DNA of 63,999 nucleotides, counting the filler, from Dirinaria sp. TL-2023a (taxonomy: Eukaryota): assembly GCA_051941275.1 (NCBI GenBank). It is 8 parts of 8 records of this genome, joined end to end, with 100 filler letters (N's around TTAATTAATTAA, not from the genome) between each part and the next. Parts side by side here need not be neighbours in the genome. Positions count along the whole stretch, not along the records: positions 48,950 to 56,977 come from JAVEBF010001241.1; positions 57,078 to 63,999 come from JAVEBF010001390.1; 6 more parts are not named here. One strand, 5' to 3'. A program made the translations under genes and the position numbers. Below the pieces are notes generated by a model. It saw only the letters and a program-made list of their open reading frames with translations. It made no database searches and was not told where the DNA came from. Below are positions 48,850 to 60,186 of this stretch, in pieces (position 1 is the first letter of the stretch; each line of letters opens with the position of its first letter).

Positions 48850-48949
48850 NNNNNNNNNNNNNNNNNNNNNNNNNNNNNNNNNNNNNNNNNNNNTTAATTA
48901 ATTAANNNNNNNNNNNNNNNNNNNNNNNNNNNNNNNNNNNNNNNNNNNN
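48850..48949. other. Artificial contig linker
   Basis: N-run + TTAATTAATTAA + N-run. Confidence 0.98.
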
Positions 48950-50515
48950 GGGATATACTTGATGAGAAATAAACTGGGCTGGTCTAGTTGTAGCATAACG
49001 TAGTATACGAAAGCGGAAGAGGAAAACAAAATTTTATCTCGATTAAAACAAACGGTTCTGAATCCCCAGAAATACAAAAGGACACCATGAAGGAGATAGA
49101 AAGATCTATTATCGAAGCATAGTACTACTGCTCAGTGCTCACAGTGATGAAATATACTAACGATCCAATCAAAGACGATCTGAACCCGCCACATCAACGC
49201 CGAGTCGAGTTCCTGTTCGGTATAGCCCAGACTCTATCCACACCTAACTTATGTACTAGGTAGCTTATTCAGGAGAAAGCTCTTGGGTAATTAAGGTCTC
49301 CGTTGAAGTTTTTCGGGGAGGGGAGGGAATAAATAGAAATCTCAAGAGAGAGAGAAGGGGGGTGGTAAGAGGGAAAGGAAATCAAAGTGAAAGCATGGAT
49401 ATGAATATCAGGCTTCTTAGATAATTTAATACGTATTTCAGATACGAAAGATGTCAAACCAGCCTGTGGGCGAATCGGGGATTTATATGTTTTTTTTTTT
49501 TTTTTTTTTTTTTTTTTTGAAGAGATGAGGTAGTATACCGAAATTTTGTTTAAGATGAGAGCTGGCTGGGTGCCTGGGTGGCTATTGAGGGATGGGGATG
49601 GTCGGGCATATGTGATTGTTAAAAGCAGTCTTTGAAGCCGTGTTGGAATTGATAGGATATTGTAGGAACCAGATTTTCTGAAGGCTTGTTGTGCTGATAT
49701 TAAGTATCATGAGTTACTTTGGAAAATCATTTCGAGACTAAAGTAGCTTAAAATTTTTTTTCTTTCTTGTTTCGTTTTTTGGCTTTTTTATTCCTTTTTC
49801 ATTTTGAACCGGATGTTTAAAAAGGGGGAGAAAAGAAAGAAGATTTGGGTTTTCTCCTTTACTTACGAAAAATGACTTTCAACTGATCAGAAGGAATTGC
49901 TTGTAACTGAAGGAAATCAAGCGAGTTCAATTTAAGTTAATCGCTCTCACTTACATAATGGACATAGTTATATGTATCAGACAACGTTGGGCTTTCCATC
50001 CCGCGATTAAACCGTTATCTTATCGCAGCCCAGGTAAACGAAGAAGAATTGGGGAATGCTACCTTCCTAAGTAGGAGAAGGGGCGGCGTCGTCTCCCATA
50101 TTTCTTTTCCCCCCTCTTAATCCAGGAGTTAAAATTGGCAAGCAGCCTCAAGCAAGCACGCTGCTTCTCGCTTACCAATAATTTACGATTGGTCCAAAAA
50201 GCATATTCTTCCAATCAAATGAAGAAAGAAAGGAAGCGAGCAGCCACTTTTTCGTTTACAACCTCCGAATGCAGACTGGTGCATGCGAGTTGAAAAGGCA
50301 GGAACCCGAAAGTGATCACCAACCTGCTTCCGGCTCTCGGTAAAGTATCCTGGGGTGGGAGCCTGGGGATGTTATTGAGATGGTGTAGGACTAAGTACCT
50401 TCAGCGTCGGCGCGTACCATGTATATATAAAGGACCTTTCAGGAAGCCAGACCTCCAACATTACAAAAAAAAAGAAAAACAGGAAAAAAAAAGGAAGGCA
50501 TCGTACCTCAGTACC

Positions 50516-51574
50516 ATGCTAGTTCTCTGCAGGATCATTTTTGCTGCGATACTTGCGTATCAGGCTGTAGCCATTCCGTTGGTCACGATTGCGGATTCGC
50601 AAAACTTGACCAGCGGCGCGCTCTCCGTTCTCAGGACTTATGAGAAATTCGGCGCAACGGTCCCTCATGAAATAAAACTCGCAGCCAGAGGCAACTCTGG
50701 CTCCGTCACCGTAACTCCCACCCAGTATGATACGGAGTATCTCCTACCTGCGCAAGTCGGGCCTCCCTCAACTCCCAAGACATACCAACTCACTCTCGAC
50801 ACCGGCTCCAGCTCTTTTGTCATTTACAGCAGCACCACCTCCCAAACCCTCTCCGAAACCGTCACGATCGGCTCCATCGTTGTGCCCTCGCAGACCGTGC
50901 AATTCTCAGCACCGAGTGGGACCTTCGATCCCCCGGATTCCGACGGGAGTCTCGGTCTCGCCTTCTCGAACCCCAGCAACAAGGTCCCTGCACCCCCCAA
51001 GACCTTTTTCGAGAACGCGGCTCCGACTCTCGCGCAATCCCTCTTCACAGTGAATTTGAAAAAGGGAAAACCAGGCACATTGACATTCGGAGCCATCGAT
51101 ACATCGCAGTACAGTGGCACGATCACCTATGTCTCCGTGAATAGTGCAAACGGCTTCTGGGAGATCACGAGCAACGGGTACGCGATCGGCTCGTCTGCCT
51201 TCGTCAGTTCCTCCATCGACGCAGTCGTCGATACAGGGACCACACTGCTATATCTCCCCACCGCCGTTGTGAAAGCGTACTATGCCAAAGTATCCGGAGC
51301 AACTTACAACAGTAACCAAGGTGGATATGTCTTCCCATGTACGGCCAGTCTGCCGTCGATCACGTTGGGTGTTGGCGCTTATAGAGCGGTGACGCCGGGA
51401 AGTTATGTGAATTATGCTCCTCTCGACACCAGCAGCACGACTTGCTTCGGCGGCATACAAGCTGATACGGGCATTGGCTTTTCGATTTTCGGGGATATCT
51501 TTATCAAGAGCCAATTCCTTGTCTTTAAGGGGCCTGCACAGCCTATGCTTGGATTTGCGGCTAAGCCACTGTAG
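50516..51574 (+). CDS. Secreted pepsin-like (A1, aspergillopepsin-type) aspartic protease with an internal N-lobe deletion
   Basis: Signal peptide, propeptide YEKFG, DTEY, LDTGSS and VDTGTTLL catalytic motifs, GGYVFPC, CFGGIQ, IFGDIFIKSQF. TATATAAA at ~50423. Confidence 0.9.
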   Translation: MLVLCRIIFAAILAYQAVAIPLVTIADSQNLTSGALSVLRTYEKFGATVPHEIKLAARGNSGSVTVTPTQYDTEYLLPAQVGPPSTPKTYQLTLDTGSSSFVIYSSTTSQTLSETVTIGSIVVPSQTVQFSAPSGTFDPPDSDGSLGLAFSNPSNKVPAPPKTFFENAAPTLAQSLFTVNLKKGKPGTLTFGAIDTSQYSGTITYVSVNSANGFWEITSNGYAIGSSAFVSSSIDAVVDTGTTLLYLPTAVVKAYYAKVSGATYNSNQGGYVFPCTASLPSITLGVGAYRAVTPGSYVNYAPLDTSSTTCFGGIQADTGIGFSIFGDIFIKSQFLVFKGPAQPMLGFAAKPL

Positions 51575-51946
51575 CTTGGTTAGCGAAGGATATTTTTGTA
51601 TAGCCGGATATGGCTTTCTTTCGTTTTCTAGAGCTGGGTTTGATGGCCTCCACGCTGCTGCAGAGCCGTGTATTCGAATGGCGCGATAGAGCGTAAGCAG
51701 GCTTGGAAGAATCTTCGAGCGTTATTTTGAATTCTGCTGTTGAAGGCGGTTGAGACTCGATCGAACAAATTTTGCGGCTATAGAATGAATCCATAGGACA
51801 ACACGTTTGAGAGTTCCCATCTGTGACACCTTTTCCGAGCTCTTACGAAGGCAGTAATGTTAATCATTGCAAGCTTCAGCACTCTCTGTATTCTAGGCAC
51901 AGCCTTCAGTGTACTTCCGCATTCTCGCAGATCGAAAATCTTGAGT

Positions 51947-53436
51947 TTACAGCTTTGATGTTCCCTTAGGGCGCTCGAGCAACCTAGTCTGGTACTGATA
52001 ATTCTTTACCAACTGTCTGACCGCCAAATCTAGCATGACGTCCTCGGAGCCGCCAGGTATGCGTGCGCTTAGAATATCTCGATATATGCCTGTCACCTTG
52101 TAAGCAGATCTCAAACACGATCTCGCCAAGACATTGACCCACGTTCAACAAGTTCTCCCTTTCCAGTAGTGGTAAGTCCATTACCACCAAAAAGCAGGAC
52201 GGCACATCTGGCACACTCATCCAACACCATGCCCGCCTGGGCTTTGGCCAATGCCGTGAGCCCACCCAATTCAACATCCGCCTCGGCTTTGCTCAGCTTC
52301 GTCATCTGATATACAAAAGCTTCAACCCAAGCCCACTGACTTTCAAGCAGTGCACCCGCCTTGGCCAGTCGATGTCTCACGACCGGTTGCTCTATCAAGG
52401 TTTTGCCAAAAGCTTCTCTCTGCATCACGTATTGGAAGGCTGCTGCGAGAGCTACTCTAGCTTGACGTGTGGTGCCGATCGAGATGGTAAGGCGTTCGTG
52501 GTTGAAATTCGTCATAATGTATTTCATGCCTTGACCCTCTTCCCCAATAAGGTTTCCGACGGGAACGCGTACTTCGTCAAGCTCAATGAATGTGGTGCCG
52601 CCAGTGCGGCCACCTGCAGTGATGATTTTTCGCATGTTAACGCCGCGCGTACCAAGCAATGGGACCAAGAGCAAGGAAAGGCCTGCCGGGCCAGACCCTC
52701 CGGTGCGAACGGCCATTGTAGCGTAGGATGACCATAGTCCATTTGTTATCCTACATATTTTTAGCGAAATAGCTTCAAACACACAACAAGCCTACCAGTG
52801 ACATACCATTTCTTCGTGCCATTGACTATATAGTATTTTCCATCGGCCGACTTCTCTGCCGTGGTATGGATACCTGCAACATCGGAACCTGCTTCAGGCT
52901 CCGTAATGGCTATGCATATCCTCTTTCTGCCTCGTAACAAGTCTGGCAGGAAGCTTTCTTGCAGCTGTACGCTCGCGAACTTCAACAACGGCGGGACGCC
53001 GAACGCCATTCCTGTGGTGATCGAAGCCGACGGCCCCACAAGTCCACTTCTAGCCATCTGCTGTTACATTAGCAGCATGCACGGTCTTCTGTCCGCCTTC
53101 TAGCGATACAACCTCGTCACAAAATATAGCCGTGTGCACATAATCCCAATCTTCCACCTTCACAGTCCCCAGGATATCGTGGATGCCCAGCTTGTTGAGC
53201 CATGCGACAGGCAGGGGCGCGGGCAGAGATGGCAGCAGCATGTGCGCACGGGCGAACTCTTGGAAGACATGCTCCGGAACCTCTTCATTCCGCTCCCAGT
53301 CCATACAGTGCTGGGTGAAGTGCTCGTCGAGCCAGCTCCGACACGCTTTCTGCCATTGCAGGTGCGAGCGGGAGTAGTATGCCGAGGGTAGGCCGGCCAG
53401 ATACGGTGGCTCTGAAAAGGGGACTCTTGGTGGCAT
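51947..53436 (-). CDS. Acyl-CoA dehydrogenase (4 exons)
   Basis: CIAITEPEAGSDVAG, VNGTKKWITNG (spliced), NFNHER, REAFGKTL, LFGGNG, IPGGSEDVM. Confidence 0.93.
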
Positions 53437-53880
53437 CGTTATTACTGTGCTCTTTGAATGCGAGTCAGAGTTTCATAATGTAATGTACAGTACATCCATA
53501 CTCTGGTGCTCTTTAGATTAATAAGATTATAGTTGGGAGAGTGCGGAACCTAAAGTTGTAGTATCCATTAAGGTCATGCTCGGGGGCAAACGCTAAGGTA
53601 GAAGAGGGTTAAGGGCTGAAGGTAAACGCGGGAGGGCTCAGAGGAGTCAGGGCGGTGGCCGAGGGCATCTTCCGAGCCGGAGTCATGAGTGTGGGTAGTG
53701 CGTACTAACTGCGTACCGAGGTACAGTACTGAGTACCTTGGCGAGCTTGGCAAGGTCTTTGGCGTAGGCTTACCTACCTTAAGTACATTTTGAGCTACTA
53801 CATACGACTACTGTATGTACTTTACTCTCTGCGAGATTCTAGCCGAGGATCAATGCCCTGATCTTTACCAATCGCCAGTG

Positions 53881-53906
53881 CAGCAGCAGCAGCAGCAGCA
53901 GCAGCA
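53881..53906. repeat. (CAG)8 microsatellite
   Basis: Seen directly; intergenic. Confidence 0.9.
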
Positions 53907-55438
53907 CAGTAGTGTCTCTGAGTGCCGACTCTGTCGCATACTTTTCCCACCATCATACCTACATGAAATCGCGTGCGATCCTCGCATGTGCCTGCTCGAC
54001 CCATCGATTTGGCACGAATGAGGGGATTTCAGCCTTACAGTACTGTACATAGAGGGGGATTGCCTTCCTTTTTCTAAACGGGTAATTCCTCCGCGTTCAT
54101 CGGATGGTATTAGTCACTATCATTTGTGCGGAGTGGATGCTTCCGATTGGGGCGATGCTTGCGTATCCTTGGCTACGTCGCTTCCTTTCTCCAATATGAA
54201 TGAGGTCGAGGATCTACAAGTCGTAGCGGACATTTAGACTTCCGATCTAAAGGCATCTCGGAGCGCGGGAGTGACGCACATGGGGTTTAGATCTGCAGGT
54301 AAACATCTGTACTGTATGTACTCTTTCAAGATACTGCATCAAACGCAATGCAATAATCGCTCAACCCTGCTAAGACACCAGCCCCAAACGCAACCCAACC
54401 TCGGAAGGGGAAATCCTTGACGGGTTAGAAACGAAGCAAAAACGCTGTCTCAGGCTCTCAGCCCAGATATCTGCTAACATGACGGCACGGAACGCAGTAA
54501 CGCCGTAAACGTTTGTCACGCAGACGGAACCGGTTCAACGGGCAATCGCGTCAATGCGTTCCGTGTACGCTTGGATACTTCGGCGAACAAGTTGGACAAT
54601 AGACAACAGGCAGAGCGATGAAGGAAACGCTCTCTTTTCGATACAGCTATCCCACGGTCGTGCGCGCGATCTGAACTCTACTGTTTGAATTTGAACGAGA
54701 AAAGTGCAAGGTTTCGACACTGGCTGTCCTGAGGATTCTTTCAACGCCCTTCGCATCCTGGACGAATGCTGCCTACTCATGCCATTTCCTCTGCCAGCGT
54801 CAGCAGCGCCACTAGTGGCGTCGACTGGAGGTCTTTTGGGAAAGCATTCATGATGATCATTTAACGATCCAATGAGCAACCAACGGCTCACCTATCCTAC
54901 TCAAAGTTCAACCGTACCATATGAAAACGGAATCCAGCATGGGCGTGCATCACGCTAGCACAAACTCAGATACTGTATAGGGTCCTTCTCCGCAGAAGAT
55001 GGCCTGATGACCGAAAGCCTGGGTTCGAATCAGTTGTTCCAAACCAGTATGGAGACGCAGTCGAGCCGGTCTTGCCATCTGTATCATTGGCAGGTAAGAG
55101 CGAAGAACAGTTTTCTCGTAAGTTTTTCAGAGCTTCTTCTATCCTTTTGCCATCAGCACCTTGCATCTGGTAAGTCGTGGCAGGTCACTGCAACTTCATA
55201 AGGCAAGTGTTGCATTTTTCTGCTATGGGCTGATACTTGGAAACCCAATGCCAAGTTAGATAGAAGTCTGTGTACTTCACTTTTGTCGGGTCTCGATGTA
55301 CTTCCGTACAGTAGCTGAGGTTACGTATCGTCCTGCATTCCGACGCAGCTGCACTCAAATACAGGGCAACCACCCATATTTCATAGTCTCCCCGAAGTCC
55401 CTTTGATAAATTCCAATCGAATCGGAAACAGATACACG

Positions 55439-56773
55439 ATGGCATCGCCCTCAATCATCTCCAACCCATTTTCGCTGATTATCGTCCAGCGTCTTACTAT
55501 CGCGCTCCTAGTCGCTTTCACATCTGATGTCTCTCCTCTCAGACCATTGACTTTTCCTATCATTATAGCCTGGAACATTCATCTGCTGCCCCGATACTAC
55601 GAATCAATACCCCGCGTACCATGGGTGGCATTCCTGGCAGGCGAAAACCTGAGCGGCGTGCTGAATTATGCGGAAAAAGTCCTCATAAGGCGGTGGAGTT
55701 TCGAGGTCAACCATGAGACCACTGAAGATTCGTCCTGCAGCCCTAAAGAAAACCATGCCAATGGTGCCGTGCGGGGAGCGAAAGTCAATCTTGATCACGG
55801 TGATAGCCGCAGCGCAAAAATCTGGAAGCGCCTCCGATTCGGGTTCTATATCGCCTTTTCAGATCGATACATCGCATCCTCATACCAGACCTCAAACACG
55901 CCACCCTATTCGAGTTCTCAACCGACCTATATTCCGTCGCGATTTCGATTCCTTCTTCGGAAATGCACCATCGTGACGACATGCTACTTAATCATGGACT
56001 TGCTGGCCCTCAGGCGCGAAACGTCCCGATATCCAATCATCTTCGCTTCCTCCCAGATCCCTTTCTTCAGCCGCTTGTGGTACGGAGCTCTCACTGCAGA
56101 TGAGCTCGCTTTCCGAACCGTTACGACTCTCGGGGTGTGGTTCGGCGCGTACTGTGCCATCCAAGGCTTCTACAGCGCACTCAGTTTCTTGGCCGTTCTG
56201 CTCGGAATATCGAGACCAGAATTGGAACGACCGGTTTTTGGCAATGTGATAAGGGAGTCCTCGACGCTGAGGGGGTTTTGGGGCAGAGGCTGGCACCAGT
56301 TGTTAAGAGGTCGGTTGGTGGCTGCTGCGGACTGGCTCACGTATGGGGTTCTGTGGCTTCCTCGACCTGGCGAGACCCGGTCTTCGGAGTTTGCGCGCAT
56401 TGTGACAAAGTATACGCATCTTACGTGTGTGTTTCTCGTCTCCGGGCTCCTCCATTCGAGTATCGATAGCGCGAAGTGGATGAGCTGGGAAGAATGGGGC
56501 TCCCTTATGTTCTTCGTGCTGATGGCTGTGGGCATCATGATCGAGGATGCGGTCCAATGGGTCTGGTCCGAGGTCGTTGTCCCCAACATCGATGCTAATG
56601 GGACGATGAAAACCAAAGGAAAGTGGTGGATGACGGTGATCGGACACTTGTGGGTGGTTTGTTGGCTCACGGTGGCTACCCCTTGGTATGCTTATCCGAG
56701 CTTGACCAGGAATAGGGGAGAAAGAAAAGATGACCTGTTGCCCTTCGGCGTGGTTAAGTGTCTGAAGACCTGA
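55439..56773 (+). CDS. Membrane-bound O-acyltransferase (MBOAT_2 / wax-synthase / Tri7-like)
   Basis: Multiple TM segments, PVFG...STLRGFWGRGWHQLLR and FLVSGLLH (catalytic His). Confidence 0.88.
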   Translation: MASPSIISNPFSLIIVQRLTIALLVAFTSDVSPLRPLTFPIIIAWNIHLLPRYYESIPRVPWVAFLAGENLSGVLNYAEKVLIRRWSFEVNHETTEDSSCSPKENHANGAVRGAKVNLDHGDSRSAKIWKRLRFGFYIAFSDRYIASSYQTSNTPPYSSSQPTYIPSRFRFLLRKCTIVTTCYLIMDLLALRRETSRYPIIFASSQIPFFSRLWYGALTADELAFRTVTTLGVWFGAYCAIQGFYSALSFLAVLLGISRPELERPVFGNVIRESSTLRGFWGRGWHQLLRGRLVAAADWLTYGVLWLPRPGETRSSEFARIVTKYTHLTCVFLVSGLLHSSIDSAKWMSWEEWGSLMFFVLMAVGIMIEDAVQWVWSEVVVPNIDANGTMKTKGKWWMTVIGHLWVVCWLTVATPWYAYPSLTRNRGERKDDLLPFGVVKCLKT

Positions 56774-56977
56774 TGGGTGCATGGCTGGTCCCCCGTTACC
56801 ACTTGTGTCGCCCGCGTTTGATTCGATTTCCTCAAGCCGCTTATCCCGCTTAACAGATTGAACCAAACCAATTTCTCAACTACATAAATAGACATTCTCA
56901 CTGTCCCGTTCGGTGGCAAGGTGCAGCCCCTTTCAAGCTTCACTACGCTCCAGGAACCAGTCGCACCCAATTTGATT

Positions 56978-57077
56978 NNNNNNNNNNNNNNNNNNNNNNN
57001 NNNNNNNNNNNNNNNNNNNNNTTAATTAATTAANNNNNNNNNNNNNNNNNNNNNNNNNNNNNNNNNNNNNNNNNNNN
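56978..57077. other. Artificial contig linker
   Basis: N-run + TTAATTAATTAA + N-run. Confidence 0.98.
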
Positions 57078-57290
57078 AAACAAAAACAAAAACAAAAGCT
57101 GAACAAACAGCGGAATGTAATAAGACTCCTTAATGAACTGCTACCATCATGTACATACATCTTTAGTACTCGTACAGCCGGAGAAACTTTATATATACAC
57201 TGGTATGAGTACCATTTACAGCGGAATCAAACCAAATACAAGAACAACAACGAAACAGGCCCCCTTTCCCTTCCCTCAATTCGCTCCTTT

Positions 57291-58927
57291 TCACAATTCC
57301 GAATTTCTCCTCCGACGTTTTTTACACGGCTTCTTCTTCAATTTCTTGTTTCCTGTCCCCGTCCCCGTCCCCGTCCCTTGAGACCCAGCAGTGCCAGTAG
57401 CAGCAGGAGGCAGTGGATTGGATGACACGAGAGCGTTCGGTGCTTGGGGAAGGACAGGCATGGAGGACGACCTTGTCGGGCGGCGGGCGGTGCAGGGTTT
57501 CTTCTTGAGTTTCTTTTTGGGAGGTGATGAGAGGGCACTGTTCTGGTTTGGTGATGGGGTGGAGGTTTGGGGCTGCGGTTGGGGTTGCGGTTGGGAAGGG
57601 AAGGAGGTCGGAGGGCGGTTGCATGGCTTTTTCTTCTTCTTTTTGGAGGGGGAGAGGGTTGAGAGGGCTGCGGCGGATGGTGAGGATGCAGAGGCTGGGG
57701 CGAGGGATGGTGGTGTATCTTTTGGTGTGGTGCTGATAGCCATCGCGTCGTGGTAGGGTTGGAACGAAGGGTTCTGAGCTTGCGCTTTTGGTTGGGAGTC
57801 TGGGTTGGAATGGTCTGGCTGTGTTGGGGAAGATTGTGATGGTATAACGCTTTCACTTGAGGTGGAAGTGGGGTTCACTGAGAAAGATGGCGCAGCTGTC
57901 GATGGTTTCTGGTTGTTGTGTCCAGCACTAGAATTTTCCAACGGTTGTGCATCCGGCACCTTTGGTACCGCTGGCGCATCGTCCTTGGACGCTTTCATCG
58001 CTGTCGAGCCATAATCACCCTCTTGAGCAGGCGTAAGGGACGCTTCTCCGTGGATTGGCGGGCCGGGCATTTGGTAGACCAACGGTTTGTAAATGTCGAT
58101 CTTGATACCGGGCTCATTCGCTTTGTAGAGGCTTGTTCCGAGAGTGCCGGAAGGAAGCTTGTCACTACCAGAGCCAGTAACCTGCAAGTTAATGCAGTGA
58201 GGGTAATTTTGAGCGCCATTGACCTTGATGGCGTCATGAAGCGCGATGATTTCGTGGCGAAGAACGTAGTTCCCTGCAGCGATCGTCGAGGGCACAGTCA
58301 CAGTCCAGCTGTTGTTCGCTTGCCTTAATCGGTCTGCGCCCCAGAAGCCAGCCTGGCCTGCAGCAAGCGATTCACGCAGCAAACCACTCGCATCAATCTT
58401 GTTGAATCTTAGCCTCGTTTTGTCAACCTTACTGCATGGGCCGTGGCAATTGGCCAGGTAGTCGATGACAGGCCCATGATGGGTTACAGGCCATGGCGTC
58501 CATTGCAGCTCAACCGTCCGCCCTGCTGCAACTTTGACAGATGCAGCGCCAGGCGTAGCCCCCACATGGCATATTATATCTGGAGTACCGTAAGAGGCTG
58601 GGTATACGGGGCCATTCAAGATGTCTCGAGGGATCGACCACTCCACCAGGTTTGGGGGGGATTTTTGATATCCGAGTTGTGGGAGATAGCCTGGATAGCT
58701 GCTGTCCTGTGAGTAAGAGAACGAGAGTTTAACAATAGAATAGCGGACCGAGATTTGCAAAGGGAGCAAATTCCGCTTATGGAAAGGAAGTCTTCGTGTT
58801 GTAGGCGATGAGATAAATTCTGGACCTACTATATGCCGTCAGCGACAATGCCGGAGACCTGGCCATGAGCGACAACGCTAGTGCAGAGCGCCAAAATTCC
58901 CAAGATGGCGCCCATTGAGAATAACAT
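57291..58927 (-). CDS. AA9 lytic polysaccharide monooxygenase with long disordered C-terminal extension (2 exons)
   Basis: Signal peptide then His1 (VVA|HGQV), DIICH, HHGPVIDYLA, GNYVLRHEIIALH, GAQNYPHC. Intron from ~58828 to ~58699. Confidence 0.93.
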
Positions 58928-60186
58928 CTCTAGCTGCAACTGTCTCAGGCCCACAATATTCGGCCTGTATTTAAGTGTCTCTGCTGCAAATGGAAATGCG
59001 CAGATGCTAGGCAATGAGGGGGCAGTAGGGACAACCGATTAAGAGAAAATGCTAGCAGGAAAGGAGTGTGAGGTCGTGAGAGCGAAAGAAATGAAATGCA
59101 CCGACCAGAAGTGAGATCTTGTGCTGAGACAGAGAGAGCAAAATGAAGGATCATTTTTGCAACCTATGCCAAAAAGCGGATCACTTAGAAAGTTATGGAG
59201 CTTCCCCAGGACTCTGCAGATATGGGATGAATAGTCGAGGAAACTTGAGGCGGGCCATTACGCATTGGTCAAATGATCCTCCCGGGACGAGTCGAATAAA
59301 ATGGGCCGTGCTTCATAGTCCAGTCTTTTCTTTGAGTAGTGGTTTCAGGGCTGGTGTGGCTGAAGATGGGTAGGATTGTGCTGTTGCTGCAGAACTACCA
59401 AGTACATACTAGGTACGGATACCTAGCGACAAACCTCCAGGTTCTGAGCAAGCTTCCATTAATACCATGCAGTCGGAAGTGTTTGAAAGCCGCAGTGATC
59501 AACGCGGGGTACATGTTCACCGTAATTAGGCACTGTAGTCTTTCTGAGCCTTTGGCTTGCTAGTGTTTTTGTCGCCCGAGGAAACAAAAATAGGGATCAA
59601 AAAAACCGTGAACGAACCAGAGCTAGACTGGAATGAGAACATTCTGAAACCCATGTTTCGTGCAAGTACGTTACCATGCTCGCAAATAGACAAATAGCCT
59701 ACATAAGCGTGCTTGCTACAATTTATATAATGTACTCACGGTTTGTTAGGGAGAGAATTCCAATCCGCGTCCAATGGTAAGACTGATTATTGGAACTGTA
59801 GGACCAGATGTCTCTGAAATGGAAACATTTAGGATGAATTGCAAGCATCCAGAGTATGGTCTGCGCTTCTTTGCCTGCGTTTAGCACTTTAGCTCTGTCT
59901 CACCATGAGTCCGTACCGCAACCTCGCTAATAGGCGCGCTTGCTTCTGGGAGAGCTCTTGAAAGAGTAGGCAATAATCATGGAGAGCGTTGCGGTGAGTA
60001 GAAGCCAAACGCAATGAGGCTGCCAACATGGGCTAGGATCAACTCCACTGAATAAGGAGTGAGGCGCCGTCTGGTGGTGTTAGGTATTTGATTTGGGGAG
60101 CAAAGATCAACGGCATTGAAGTTGCAATAAGTACCTTATTTGTCTGTCGGTCCGTTGGGCATCGCACTTGTGTACAGTACTCATCG

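Noticed and set aside
54535..55166. Short minus-strand ORFs between the acyl-CoA dehydrogenase and MBOAT
   Set aside because: No recognisable motif or consistent exon structure; cannot be supported as a gene.
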